DNA from: Neolecta irregularis DAH-3
Lineage: Eukaryota
Assembly: GCA_001929475.1 (NCBI GenBank)
Contig: LXFE01000411.1
Location: 1 to 63,199, forward strand
Reading direction: 5' to 3'
DNA length: 63,199 nt
Part shown: positions 39,417-53,257 of the stretch, in pieces
Numbering within the stretch: the first letter of the stretch is position 1
Layout of the letters: each line of letters begins with the position of its first letter
Position numbers and translations under genes: made by a program
The notes under the pieces: model-generated
Seen by the model: the letters and a program-made list of their open reading frames with translations, nothing else
Databases searched by the model: none
What the model was told of the DNA's origin: nothing

Positions 39417-40581
39417 CTAAAGCGCCGTTCCCCGTTCAAAACTGTCCCGAATTTCCTTGGTATACTGTGACAGTCAACAATCTGGAGATAGCAAAAATAC
39501 TTGTACCTTGTCATAATGCCTTGCAACGCGTTCGTTGAACTTTTTGTTCCGGTCATTTATATAAGTAATATCGCCATCTTCATCCCGTTTCCTTCGGTTT
39601 TTCTCACGTTGTTTCTCCCTCCATGTCAATTCAGACTCGCATTCAAGCCATACCCCTTTTCAATATCGTCAACTAACCGATCAACAGCCGCCTTTGATGG
39701 TTTATTCTCAAAAAACCCCAAAGAGTTTGCATCTCGATAAAAATTCCGGTCGGCATCAATAGCCATTAATTCACCTTCCCCATTTATTACAATTTGTCCT
39801 TTGCTCAGGGCTTCGGCCCGCTCCCGTTCGTAATTGACGATATCAGGTTTAAAGCGCTTCATTTCTCGCTTGTACGCTTTATTAGATTCTTGAGTATAGT
39901 CTAGAGATGTGAACAGCTGATCAGAAACACTTATCAAACCTGAGAATAAAGCCCCTTCGATCATGCGTTTCTTTTTCTCCATCTTTTTATCCCATGCTTG
40001 GGATTCTTCAATACTCCAATCCCAAGCTCTTTTTCTCTCAAAATCTTCACCCGCTTCTAGAGCATCTTGCTTTGCTAGTTTCAATTCCGCTTCCCCCTTT
40101 TGGCGCTCAAGACGAGATTCGAGACGGGGATCGACTTTAAGTCTTTGATGTTCACTATATACAGCTTGTCTATTGTCTTTAGCGGATTGCAACTATTAAA
40201 TAAGCCCTTCATAAGACATAATAACGATACCATTCGCGAGCGTAGCTGTTTGAGTTTCTCCAGTCGATTGTTTGCTTTCCCTTCGGCTACTGTGATTGGG
40301 AGATCCTTCACTTCGATATCTGCAGTCGACTGTATTGATACATCGAAAGAATCATCTACTGTAGATACTTGAGCCGTAACCGCAGCTATTTGCGTTATTT
40401 CTGCGCATAAATTGGTTGTGCTTTGAGGAATATCTTTGTCGTGTGTGATCGCTTCTTTAGTCTCAGTAGAAGACACCTGCACAATAGTGCTGGAATTTTC
40501 GACATTATTGGTAGACTTCGTGGAAATCGTCGCTGCAGCCTGCTTATTGGCAGCTTTACGGCCTTTTCTTCTTGGAGGCAT
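39417..40581 (-). CDS. SYF2: Pre-mRNA splicing factor Syf2 (NTC)
   Basis: EAGEDFERKRAWDWSIEES..WDKK, NKPSKAAVDRLV, DITYINDRNKKFN and C-terminal YTKEIRDSFERGTAL*. Confidence 0.96.
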
Positions 40582-40881
40582 ACTGGACGGAGGTCTTGAC
40601 GGAGAAATCTAGAGGTCGCGCAGCAATTATTTCGAACGCGTGATCTGAAATATTGATACCCAGTTCCTGCTTTCAAAAGCCAGATCACTCTCGAATTCAT
40701 GAAGGCTTATTACCAGTAGCAATATTGAGACCGTCCACTGAATCTTTTATGTCATTTCTGCATACCTATTTCCCATCCATGATATCGTACAATGTCTATG
40801 TGCAAAATACATCGCGAGTTACGAATATAAGAAATTCCGTCAACACTTTTAACGCCGCGATTACTCATACAAGGATGAGTA

Positions 40882-43800
40882 TTATCTTGCATCCTTAGGA
40901 TAAATACTCTCAACAGGATCTCTAATATCACTCTTCAGCTTACCCTCCCGAATCTCTATCTGCACCTTGTTATAATACTCGACAAGTCGCTCCGAATTCT
41001 CGCAAAAATTGGCAAATTCAATTTTAAGCATATCAGGATCGCAACGTGTGAGAATACTATATCCTTTTGAATGAGAAACATAGCTGCGATTTGTCAGCCA
41101 TAAATAGCCCTTTTCAGTTATCTGAACAAAGGCAACTCCAGACTGATGTACGTATTGAGGATATGTGTAAGATGGTTTGCCAAATGAGTAGACCACATCA
41201 ACATTCTGAGGAAATTCCGAAGCTGCTTCGGAGTCAAGGACGAATGAATTATCTTTGAGTATTTTCACTAGCCAAAACTTGGAATCTTGATTTTGCAGAG
41301 GTTGTGGGGGGGCAGCTGCAAGTTGAACGACTCTGGGTTCTCGAAAAGGATTGACAGACGAAATTGAACATGCTTGATCAAGAGGGGCTTCCACCAGTCG
41401 TAATCCATATCTTTCCGCTGTCCGAGCCCAGGATTGAAGAGCGGCATCGATAAGCCTAGCAGTAACTCCCAACCATTCGAGCCGAAAGTGAAAGACGTTC
41501 GAAGGATTGTGAACACAGTCGTAATGCAACGTGATGATCTCAGGTCTGTAGCTGCAATGGGTTGGATCTAAGTCATATTTCATTTGACGGCTCAAGACAA
41601 TTTTTGGTCGTCTGGTAGGCGTAAACGGTCGTGGATCGAGAGTAAGGATATTCATGTTGGAATTTGGCGTGACTTTTCGGCCCCCAAACCAGCTCTTGCC
41701 GGGTTTGGAAATAACATACTCGGGATTTATAAAGTAAAAGTAATGACCATCTCTGAACTCATGACGTTTCTGGGAGTGCTCAAAAAGGCCTTGCCGTTTG
41801 AGCTCGTTCCCGTATTGAACAGCGTCTTCTCGAGTGAGGATATTTGAGAAATTATGAACAATCCATGTCACGAATTCGCTACCGACAAAAACGTTTTCGT
41901 GTAGTCGTAAATGCCACCGTCGATCTTGAAGTCTGATGCCTTTGGGGCCTTGCATTTCTTTGGCAAGAACAGGGAGCTTCACCCCCCGGTCTAAGAGTTC
42001 CGTCAGGAAACCTTGGGCTGTATCATCCGTATCGGCTTCCAGTGTTGAAGCGAAGGCCGCGGGCTCAAGCGTGGTAAATCGCAGTTCTAGGACATTCGCG
42101 TCTTTCCTCCCATGTTTATCTTGCTCCCGCTGTTCGGGTGGCAACCATTGTCCTTTCTTAAATAGCTGACTCAATTTGAAAATACCAGCAACTCGAATTT
42201 CCTCATCACTGAAATCTCCAGGAAGATGTGCCCTGAGATTTAACGGCGGAACATCATTCGGTATGAGCATAAATTGAGCCTGGGATAAACGACAAAGATC
42301 TGGATTTGCATCCTCATACCCAGCAATAACGTGATCGACATAGTTCCAGTTATACGTATCAATATCAATATTCTTGAACGTCTCGGAAATGCGGCGATAA
42401 CCTCCAGGCACAGTTGTTCGCCATATCAAACAGTTATACTGGATCAATGGTACAAGGAGGTCGTTTTCTCGTCGAACGTATCTCACCACTTTAATATTAA
42501 ATCCTGAAGGATCGGCAACGAGTTGATGTATTTGGGTACCCATTGAAAGATATATTGTCGAACCAGGTGACCCGAAAGCTTCGTCTACTTCGTGTATAGT
42601 TGCAACAGAAGTCTTTCTCCGAAGTTTCGCAGGTGACGGGGAGGTATGCATAGTACCCAGATCTGTATGAATAGCCGAAGAATGAACAATCTGGTATCCT
42701 TGAACAAGCCTTGCTGCAATCATCTCGTTCATGAGCGCTCGTTGATCGAGGTCCGTCTCTTCCGGATCAATTGACACCGTATATGTATATTCTTGGTAGT
42801 CCCGACGAAGCTCATCATGGGTCGGAAAAAAATCTGTGCTTAAAGGAAGGATAGCAGGAGAACACATGGACTTCCATTTCATACTGCTTACACTTATCGG
42901 CTGTGGGTTGACATGTTGCCACCGACTGAACTGGCTATTTGCAGTGAATGAGTTTTTAGATGGATTACAAGGGTTCACGAGAGTCTGCCAGGGGAGAAGG
43001 ACACTCCTGGAGGAAGTTGGACGTGGTGGAGCGGATGTGAACTCCAAGCTTCGACGTAGTTGACGAGGCGATCTCGGGGACCCTAGCTTAGACTCTTCAG
43101 AGCGGTCAATCGCTCCAGAGAGCCGATACTTTCCAAGGTATTTCGCCGGGATACGAGATACAGGATTGGAAATCAAAATTGGCCGGACCGTAGGGCCTCG
43201 AGTAATCGCTTTCTGGGGTTTCGGCGCTTCAATATCAAACCCTCTCGTAAGAAGTGGTTCCCTGGTTTTCGGTATCGTTTCTGGGGACGATGATGATTCA
43301 GTCGATAGTCTTATCTTCGATGGCCGCCGACCTATTTCAGGGCGTTTGGATTGTTTTTGTGAAAAGTAATCTATATTTTCTTCTCGGGGATTCGACATTT
43401 TTCGCGCCCTAACGATTATAGGATAATCATTATAACTCGCTGCAAGCAATGGTTCGTTTGAAGATGTATGATCACGGAATAATTTCTCCAAGGTCGGTCG
43501 CTTCGTTAAGGAGTGGTGATATGACGTACCAAAAGCTAAGCTATCCTCATAGTTGACTTTCTCTTCTTGTTGACGAGCTTCAATCTCAGCTTTAAGTTTA
43601 TCAGCTCGCTGTTTTTCCTTTATGGCCGAGCGAACTTGTTCAACTGGACGGAATACTACACCATCATACTTATCGTAAAAGGCCTCAAGGTTCGATTCGT
43701 CAAACCATGGATCTTCGGACAAATACGCAATCGAGATGGATGATAATTCATTCTCCATATATCCCATCATTTGCAATTCATACATTTTACATCGAGGATC

Positions 43801-45328
43801 AAAAATACGTCGTTTCAATCTTTTCTTTTGTAACGTTCTTTCTGAGGCGTCACTTTTTGATTGCCAAAATGATATGTCAACCCAATGTGGGAGTGCATAT
43901 TGCCAAGGGCGTTTATTCCCCATGACTGCAGAGATGCTATAGCTGGAAGTAACGCTAGTACTGAGCTGCTGTGCGGAAGGGGTTTCCACTTCATCTTCCG
44001 CTACATTCGTCTGAAATTTGAACAACGGAACTGAATGAAGGGGCATCTTGCTCAGCGACACAAGGTCAATACCAACACCGTTGCCTATAAGCAACTCTGT
44101 AGTTGTCTTGAGTAGACCTTCGTCTACTTCAAATTGACCAGTTCCCGGGGTTACGATTAACACATTAACACCAGTCCTTTGAAGGTCTCGATCGATATAG
44201 TCTCTGGAGAATTGGTTCGTGACGAGATTGATTGTCTCAAGGATGTTGCCTCGTAGAGCATATGACATATGACCGACAATAACATCTCTCCCGTCATATG
44301 ACTTTTGGACAAGGACATCCTGTTGGAATCTGAGAAACTCGCGCTTGAGCATATGTAGTGTTTCTGACCAATCATCGGAGCAGATATTATCAACTATGAC
44401 TTTATAAAAATCTTGGTGTCCACTAAAGGTCGGAGTATGCACACCGTTATTTTCGGGCTGCGAAGGTGGTGGCGATATCAAGGCAGTAGGAGAATAATCA
44501 TACTCGACCCGCGTAAATAAGACGATTGTTATTAGATGTCTTGCATCCATTTTCTTCCAGCGATGAAAAAGTTCGGTCAAGAACCCATCGATAGCTTTAT
44601 TATAGTAAAGCTCTCCGTCTTCTTCGAATTCCCACATTTCACGAGACATCTGAATAAAAAGAAGTAGACGAGCAGATTCGGATCGGAAGATAGGTTTAGT
44701 TGTTTTAGCGATATATCCACTCATTGCCTGCCTCGTTATTTCCATTCCTTTAGTAACCTCACGCACCCTCTGTCCATGAATATAAATCTCTTTAATTTGA
44801 ATTCTTATATGGCCAATAAACTCAACCTTTTTCCCTTTCCAGACACAAGTTTCCTCCAAAGACGCTGCTAATCTCCACATATCGGCACGACTGAGATACT
44901 GATCTTTAATAAAAACTTCGACATATTGAGCTTCCACAAGTTCTTTTCGCACCTAAGCCTCAGTTCTAGTTAAAAAACACGACTGCTAATACGGGTAAAA
45001 TCAAGACGCTGCTTCTAGTATGGAACTCGAATTTCGTTGCGATATCTTTAGATACAGATATCTGCAATCAATCAATGATTCATTCATAAAAAAGCATCAC
45101 CTGAAGATTTGGCTGTTTTTTCTTCAGTTCAGGATCACATGGTTTTGCGATGAATAAAAAAGATCCATTTCGCGCTGGATCTCCTTGGCCGATCCAGGTC
45201 TGCTGCTGAATCAGTTCCAGAACCGCGCCTTCTTTGATATGGGGAATCAAATCAAGATTGACTACTACATCTTCACACGAGAATTTATCGTCGTGAACCC
45301 AGAGAGTCAGTTTTGAGGGAGAACTCAT
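40882..45328 (-). CDS. IML1: SEACIT/GATOR1 subunit Iml1 (DEPDC5)
   Basis: KDQYLSRADMWRL, FRSESARLLLFIQMSREMWEF, GNILETINL..DRDLQRTG, PLHSVPLF, KWKSMCSPAILPL and DEP domain DRRWHLRLHENVFVGSEFVTW. Start placed at ATG 45328 because ATG 45433 lies inside YAF9. Confidence 0.96.
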
Positions 45329-45394
45329 GACATTTGACGAGGAAACTGGAGAGTAGTAGTGCTTCACCGTCACCACCCAACATTGCTCCTCTAA

Positions 45395-46174
45395 ATGACG
45401 GGTCCGATAAAAAGAGTCAAGGTTTTCTACCATAATTCATAGTGTCCTGAAGATACTAGGGTGTCCAGATATACAGACCGATTATATACGGAAACAAAGC
45501 AAAACCACTGGGCAATAAAAAGGATCCCACGTCAGACCACACGCATGAATGGACCATTTCCGTACAAGGCATCAACGGCGCCGATATCTCGCATTTCATC
45601 AAGAAAGTAACGTTCAAGCTACATGACACATACGCAAATCCGACGAGAGGTATGTATAAATTCAGAGATGTCGCCAACCGCCAGTGTGCGAGAATCCTCC
45701 GTATGAAGTCACCGAGACAGGGTGGGGAGAGTTCGAAATACAAATCAGGATAAATTTCGTGTCAGAAGCCAACGAGAAAGCCCAAATGTTCTACCATCAC
45801 CTTAAAATTCATCCTTACGGGATTGAAGACCCAGAAGGGATTGTCTCTAGTTTTCAATATGAAGAAGTTGTATGTCTATGCTTTCGTCGAGCTTACACTC
45901 ATCAGACAGGTCTTCAACGAGCCGATGGAGGCAATGTACGATATTCTTACCTCAAATGGAAATGTACAAGTCCCGAAAGAGAGGTCTCAGGGAAATCAAT
46001 GGGGTATATTCCCTTGGTTGTTCAAGGTATTGATTCAATGTAGCCTATAGAACGGAACTGGAAGAAGCAGACAGGATTACGACGCAGTTGAAGGAGGTCC
46101 AGCAAAAGACAGAGGAGTATCGCCATCAATTAATAGCACTGGAGAAGGATGCAGTTGTTTTGGAGGCAAAATAA
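45395..46174 (+). CDS. YAF9: YEATS-domain NuA4/SWR1 subunit Yaf9
   Basis: MTGPIKRVK|GVQIYRPIIYGN..DHTHEWT..FIKKVTFKLHDTYANPTR|..PPYEVTETGWGEFEI..HHLKIHPY. Confidence 0.95.
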
Positions 46175-46249
46175 TTCCAGTATAAGGCGTTTCTGTATCA
46201 TAATTTACAGGTGTAATGTTCAAACAGGCGGAGTCTGGGAACATTTTGA

Positions 46250-48121
46250 TTACTTGAAATGCTTAAGAGGATCCCTTTTGCCTCTGCCCTTGCCTTTCCT
46301 TTTGTTGAATTTTCTAGCTTTCCGTATTCGATTATCGGAAGATTTCTTGAAGGAAACATGTCCAATTTCCTTGGCAATTTTCCCTCCTTTCGGTAAAAGA
46401 TAGTCAGGAACATGCTTCAAGTGATTCTGCGTCCGGGCGGTATGCATAGGTTTGTCATGTCGTAAATGTTGTAAATCTTCGGGATTATCCTCGAAATGTC
46501 TTTTTAATTTCTCGCTAGATAGAATTTCCTGCCGTATCTCTTTTGCTCGAGCCTCACGTACAGCTGATCTTGTAACGGCTCGCAATGCATCTTCCAAGCG
46601 ATACCGGAAGACTTCGACTTGCGACATGTTGAAGATGTAGGGTTTGAGCTCTGTTTTCTTACTCACTTGGTCTTCTTTAATTTTCGCTAGAACTTTTTCA
46701 TCTTTCTTTGCACTCTCGAAAGAACATGCTTTGTGTTTTCCCAATTCTTCTCTCGGGACAACGAATGAAAGTGCCATACCAGCTTTTCCAGCCCGTGCAG
46801 TCCTTCCTATTCGGTGAACGTAAGATTTTGTTGAGGTCGGCAGGTCAAAATTGAGTACACATGCAACATTTTGGAAGTCGATTCCGCGCGATATACTGTA
46901 TTCTTGCGATTTGCGGAGCTTTTTTCTTTTATTCTTAGATTGCGATTCAGCGACTTCGGTCCTTTCGATCACATCCTCGTCAGGAGCTTCTGTGACTACT
47001 TTAGGAATTATTTCATCCTCTTCCATGTCATCATCATCACCTGCAGCAATTTCTTTTTCATCGCTTGCAATAATCACATCGTAAATACCTTTATTAAATT
47101 CCTCGACCACATGAATCCTTGAATTAACTGGTAACTCCGAATTCAAAACACAACTTTTGATAGCGAATTGTTCCAAAAAGAGTTTGACTCGGTAAGACCG
47201 ATCGATGTTGTTTACAAATATGATAATCTTGCCCTTCACAAGCTTCAATTTGAGAATAACATATAACAATAAAAACTTTTCATCTTCTTTGCATCTATCA
47301 TCAATTAGGAATTGTAGACTGCGGGGATATACTTGACAAAATATTGTGCTAATTTTGCAGATTCTTCATCCTCTTCGAGCCTTAGAAAGACAGGAGATCG
47401 GCAAACGAGGCTCTTTAGTTCTTCTACTTCTTTGGTGAGTGTTGCGCTCATAAGAAATGTTTGAATCCCGCGTGGTATGACGTGTGCAACGGCTTTCACA
47501 TCATCTTCATAACCATAAGAAAGGACGAGATCGGCCTCATCGATAACAAGATACGCCAGAGTAGATTTGATAGAAAGATTTGAAGAATTAAGGTGTGGGA
47601 TAATTCGCGAAGGAGTTGCAACAACGATGTCCGGTAAATCGATCAGGAGGTGTCTAGACGTTAAGTCGAGTTTGGGAAATAATGCAAACTTTTGTGCTTG
47701 CTCAGAAATATTACTCGCAATGTTCACAGAATGAATACTCTTCCCACAGTATGCTAACAAGATTCCGAGAAACTTTGCGGCTTGCTCGGCAAGTTCTCGA
47801 GTTGGGACCAAGATCAGGGCTCTTACACCTCTGTCGACATTTCCGGCCTTTGATAACGATTAGCAATCTTCCAAATGATGATAGTACCTCTTTCTCCTCT
47901 AAAATCTTTTGTACTATAGGGATGCAATAAGCCGCAGTCTTGCCTGATCCGGTTCTTGCTCGAGCAAAGATATCTTTTCCTGCCAAAGCTAGAGGAATGA
48001 CTTTCGCCTGCACCAAGGTCGGATTTGAGTAATTAAGCTTTGCGATGGATCGTTGAAGCCTAGGATCTAATGCAAAAGATTGAAAAGCGACCGATCCATC
48101 GAGGAGTAAAGGATCCGCCAT
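46250..48121 (-). CDS. DBP9: DEAD-box RNA helicase Dbp9 (DDX56)
   Basis: [75 protein letters not shown] and [22 protein letters not shown]. Confidence 0.96.
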
Positions 48122-48544
48122 ACGATTTGTTGGTCGGTTGGTTGGTTGGGTGTATCGAACTTTTTTGCAACAATCTCGAAACCATCAAGCTATCAGTGGA
48201 GTTGATCATACATGATTAAGCACCTCTCGTCGATCGAATACAACTATCTTTTCACATCTACTCAAGGGCTAAAATCCCTCAAGACTTGAGCATTTTACCC
48301 TTAACAAAAATTTAGACCGCCGGGATTGCCCTCGTGCGCTGGAAATTTCCGAGATTCTCAGTCTTAAGCGCGCAAGAGAAAGTGCAACAGCATCTTCAAT
48401 TCACAAGTCAGTTTATTCTTCTGAAGAGAAAATTCCTATATACTCACTGGGTGTAGACTGTGGTCTGCCTCTCGATGAGCCTGGTTGAAAATCATCTACA
48501 TTTTCATTTCGATAGTTTTCTTCAGATGGTAACAGTCTCCGCAA

Positions 48545-48585
48545 AAGCTTTATTGACATAATTTATTGAGATGTCAATAAAGCTT
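48545..48585. repeat. Perfect 15-bp inverted repeat with 11-bp spacer
   Basis: aagctttattgacat-aatttattgag-atgtcaataaagctt. Confidence 0.92.
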
Positions 48586-49418
48586 GTTTAAATTAAAATT
48601 ACATTTACAAATTACTTATGCAAAGACTTCATAGTCAAAAATTTTAATGATTCGGAGATTTCCCTCGTGTATTGTCATTCTTTCGTTATTGTGAATTATT
48701 CGTTCAAATGCTTTGACAACTTGACTGCTGGTAATATTATCTTAACGAGTTAAATTAATTTTCCGAAGCTTTGTCGTTTCTACCGTTATTGTTAGCGATA
48801 AGACAAAATGTGACAAGATGAAACAGTTAGCCGATAGGCCCACTAACGGAGATAAGATAACATGATAGCGAGTGGAGAGACAGAGCATGAAAATCCCCAA
48901 CAATTCATAAAAAGGGTATATGTCATGAATTTCGTAAAGAGGAAATCTATAACAAATGCATATTCAAAAAAATGACGAGACAAGCAAAATTTGGATATGG
49001 CACAGTAGGATGGAAACACGAAAATAACAATAAAGAAAAGGGAGATAAAAAAAAAGCAAATGCATCGCTAAACCACGTTTCCTAATGACATGCACACGCA
49101 GGAAATCGTAATCAAAGAGAAAGCAATAATTTAAAAATACAGAAACAGTGATATCCCAAGCCTGTGGAAGGAATAAATTTTGTTGCCCTATAACTGGATA
49201 ATGCCCGCCAGAAATGTGGAAAATAATATGCCCAAACGAAGATTGCGGATAATTTTAGTAGGAATTCCCTATGTCGGATGCAACCAATCTCGTTTATGCG
49301 TGTCTATGAGTATACTATCGCTCGCCCGATATATTTGATGCTTTTTCGATCCTTTTGTGGAAGTTATGTTTCATTTATATATGCTTGGAGTTGTATGCGT
49401 GCGATTGGTCGTAAGGGT

Positions 49419-51480
49419 TTAACTTCGGATGAGTGGAGAATGAACGGGGCCAAGCGTTACAGCAGGCGAAGTGTGGCCGGAGGGATGACGACTGGAATTG
49501 CTAGAGCTATTGGAGCCAGAGCTTGTCGTATAATAGCTTTCGAATGTCGGAATTTGTTGATCATGGCCTTCACTCGAGGTTGGAGGAGTAAAATTGGCGA
49601 TCGACAAGCCAACCTGTGCAGAAGACAATAAACTATTGGCTGGGGTCTTGACTTGTCCTTCTGCAGATTTATTTGTAGATTTATTGTTTCCGCCTTGGAA
49701 CTAGAACAGATCAGCAACAAGATAAAGCAGACAATGAGGGGCAAACATACGAAGCAATATGTCTTCACAAAATCCCAGTATTGTCCAGAGTTCATGTCAG
49801 GCCTTGTATTCTTATTTTCCGCGGCGGAAACCGCCGAAGGGTTCAACTTAGCAGTAGGCTCTGCAGATACATCTGCTCTCGACACTGAAAGGGATGACCG
49901 TTCACAACGAGTTTCAGGTGAAGGGGATTGAACAAATAGGTGTGGAGCTTGTGCTGATGTAGTATCTCCACTTGTTTGCTTCAAAACAGAGGGTGGCTTG
50001 ATGGCGCCAGTACTTTCAGCCCTGGGTCTCGTTCTTCGAGCAGCGTTCAAAGAAGCCCCGAAGTCATATCTGTTCGACAGGGTCCCAGCATTTTTACCAC
50101 TTTTAAGAGGAAGAGAGGTATTACTCTCATCAAAGGACGAGACCAACTGTATAGCTGCGGTTTTTTGCGATTGCGATAATGGAATATCGGTGTTGCGATG
50201 TTTGGTATCCGAATTATTCGATGTCCAAGAAGGGCGAACGTCTCCGAAGAAATCATCGCGTTCGATTTCTAGAGATGGCTGGCTAGTACCGGGGTGAGAC
50301 TGTCTTCTAGAGTGTAATCGGGGACGTCTTCTGAACTCGATCTGATAATTGAAGGAATTGTTGTTATCCCAATACTCCAACGCGTTGACATTGTATCGGA
50401 CACACAAAAACATCTTTTTCTTATCGAGATTCGCGAGATCCTGAAGCTTGATGCAGAAAGAAAACCAATCAATACCTGCTTCACGATCTTTTCGACGGAC
50501 ATCGTCATCGAATTCAGCAGCGACTTCTGATATTGTCTGCCAGTAATCAACAGTGAACCTAACAGCAACCCATTTGTTAAAAGCCAGGTTCCTGACGGCC
50601 ACTTTTCCGAGGAGGTTTTTCTTGTCGGATGACAACTTCAAATGTTCTAATCGAACAGGAGCAGTCTTTCTCGTTAGTGTATCCACCGGAAAGTTTGGTA
50701 GCTCGATTGCAAGGTTATCCGAAGGAGGAGACTTTACAAGAGGAAATTCTTGATCGGAAAAGTAATCTGTTGGGGATGCCTCAGTGCTGACAGCAATGGG
50801 TCGTTCAGATTGATGAAAATGTCGGACATGCTCAAGATCCGAAGAGAAGGTAACAGATTTATATGCAGGAGTGGCAGGTGCACTTTTCGGTCTGCGAGAG
50901 GAGGATGGAGATCGAAGTGAGGGTCGAACAAGTTCCCCACTCTTTTTCCGAATCATACGTAGTGGTTTGAAAGGATCTTGATCGCTGTCGCTGCTGTTGT
51001 TGAAGTTCACTAAACTGAGACATGAGAGGTCGAGGGTGAGTGTATCCGAGGACGACCTGTGGTGGCTGAGAACCTTGAAGGAATTGAATGGCTGAGGCTT
51101 CGGAGAGCCAGGGGGCGAGGAAGCCCGGCGTTGAGGGATAGCCCGAATAGCCTCCTGAAGCTCGTGGAGATTGTCAAGCTTCCGACCAGTAGGAACATGG
51201 TCTGCTGCGTCATCATCGCTAGTATGGTTCGAATCCGGAGGTGACACGGGTCCACGAGAAAGTTCAAGCTGGGTTTGGGCTTTCGTTGCGAATGACGCGG
51301 ACTTTTGCAGAGGGGCGGGCTTTGATGTGACGGAAGAGCTGCGTCTGTGATGCCTGGGGGCTGCTGCCAGGCCTTTCTGGGAGGGGGTTCGGCGAGAGAC
51401 TTCTGGGACAATGTCAGCATCAAGTCCACCAGCAGCGGGCACACACCCGCTGGCGGGAAGCCGGGCGGTGTGTACGGCAT
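49419..51480 (-). CDS. GAC1: Glycogen-targeting PP1 regulatory subunit (CBM21; Gac1-like)
   Basis: MPYTPP start exon spliced to EVSRRTP. Then MIRKKSGELVRPSLR..RPKSAPATP, RVxF motif KSVTF, VRHF, CBM21 GKVAVRNLAFNKWVAVRFTVDYW..EYWDNN, LSNRYDFGASL and YWDFVKTYCF. Confidence 0.88.
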
Positions 51481-52439
51481 TTGAATAGGATTCAGGGTAG
51501 GCTGAGTAGGGGAGGAGGAATTCAAATGCAGGGCCGTGTGTATGGGGCGGGGAGGGGAAGGACAACTCTGGGGAGGGGAGCAGTCAGCCTTGTACGCGAC
51601 AGCCAGAGGGCCCAGGCATATATACCGTAAGGCAGCGTGGCAAACCTGTTTACGCACAGGTCCAAATCCGGCGAGGCACAGTGGCAATGGCAGCCACGGG
51701 ATGGGGCGGAAGCGCAGACAGACGGGCCAACACGGTTTGCTGCTTGGTGGTGCAGCGGACTGCAGGATAACACGCCGCACGGGGATGGAGTGGAAGGGGG
51801 AAGGCTAATTGAGGGCAGGGAGGCTCCTGGAGGAGTTGGGGGAGTGATGAGGAGGCCGGCACTGATAAAGACCAGCTGCGGCGCATATTCGGAACGGGGA
51901 TCGCCCTTAATCACCTCATATCTTTGGTTTGCGCCTCCCCCGGCTCTGTCCCGAAAAATAAATATCAATCGCTCGCTCCGCTCATTGCGTGTTTCCAGCC
52001 GTAGAGCGGGTTCTTGAAGCGAATCCTGCTCGGGAATCTGACGGTTCCTCTTGCTGCGGATACAGTTTTGCCGGCAGATACAACTGCGCGGGCTAGCGCC
52101 TGGTGCTCGTCTGCAAAACGTCACTGGCCCTGTAGTACCAAATGCGGATACTATGTTTCACCTGAGAAATTCTTGCATCATTGCCTATTCTGATACTCCT
52201 GCTCGCGCCACATTGACTGGCCAAACACATTATTCAGGTTATTCCCACCGTCAGTTGTATACAATTTCCTGAGGCCATGTTGCCCAGCGAATGGAAGCCT
52301 AGGCCGTAAATAGTGTTACTGTGGCCTGATGCAACCCCTGCACCAATGATGTTGCCGTCAGTGTCTCCAGATGAAAAGATTTATACTGTGGTTGTTCCTT
52401 TGAGCCGCCCGTGGGAAAGCAAGCAAGACACGTAGTAAA

Positions 52440-52610
52440 TGTCGGCAACAATATACATATGATATATGGTTTTTTGGTAATAATATTGTAGCCATTTAAT
52501 TTATATTACATGATATAAGATGGACTTTGGTTTTGTGATAATTATATTGCCGATACCATATGGTTTATATTGTTGCCAACACTAAACCCTATATCATATC
52601 ATGTAATATA
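52440..52610. mobile_element. AT-rich fold-back / MITE-like remnant with two interleaved inverted repeats
   Basis: Pair A is tgtcggcaacaatata (52440-55) and tatattgttgccaaca (52566-81), 15/16 match. Pair B is tatattacatgatat (52502-16) and atatcatgtaatata (52596-610), a perfect match. Confidence 0.45.
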
Positions 52611-53226
52611 CAATATATCATATTTCTTGGCATATTGTTGGATATCAAGGATCACTTGCCACATTTAATTTGTACTCACAGAATTAATTTTTAAAGTGCC
52701 TGCTCCTTTGGATTTGGACAAAACCAATTTTGGCGAGTCTTGTTTGCAGCAAGCAGTTCCTTTAACACTATTAAGAAAGCTAGGGGCTGTGGTTTTCGCA
52801 TCAGGATGATCACGGTGAATTTCTTTGTTTCTTCCTGGCTTATTTTTCACTCCATTAATGATTTGCGAAGTAACCCTAAAAAATCGGGAAATGAGGCGTC
52901 TGTCAAAACATCACAAAGATTGTGGCGCTTTTTACTTCTTTTGCCCCAACAAAATGCAAAATCAATAATGTTACGTAATGATCAGCTTTAACCCACCAAT
53001 ACGAGAATTTACCTGTCTTATCTTTTAGCGACTTTCTAGAGATAACACTAGCCACGCATACGTCTCATTAGAAGCTTTGGAGCGAAAGATGACAAATTTG
53101 GCTCTTCCCGCTTTTCAGGGAATGGTCTCGGTTTCGCTTCTTTACATACTTGGAAAATTATGTAAGTGAATAAATAGTGATCAGACGGTCTGTATGTGAC
53201 ATTTTCCAACTCCTCCCTCAAGCAAG

Positions 53227-53257
53227 CAAACAAACAAACAAACAAACAAACAAACAA
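53227..53257. repeat. (CAAA)n microsatellite
   Basis: caaacaaacaaacaaacaaacaaacaaacaa. Confidence 0.9.

Noticed and set aside
39154-39420. 88-aa plus-strand ORF between BFR2 and SYF2
   Set aside because: TTG start, no homology, and antisense to a UTR/snoRNA-like region.
45329-45433. Longer IML1 N-terminus from ATG 45433
   Set aside because: It overlaps YAF9 exon 1 and intron 1; conserved-looking sequence begins after ATG 45328.
51481-52272. Long ORFs on both strands upstream of the GAC1-like gene
   Set aside because: GC-rich 5'UTR/promoter artefacts; the family-typical MPYTPP start at 51480 explains the gene.
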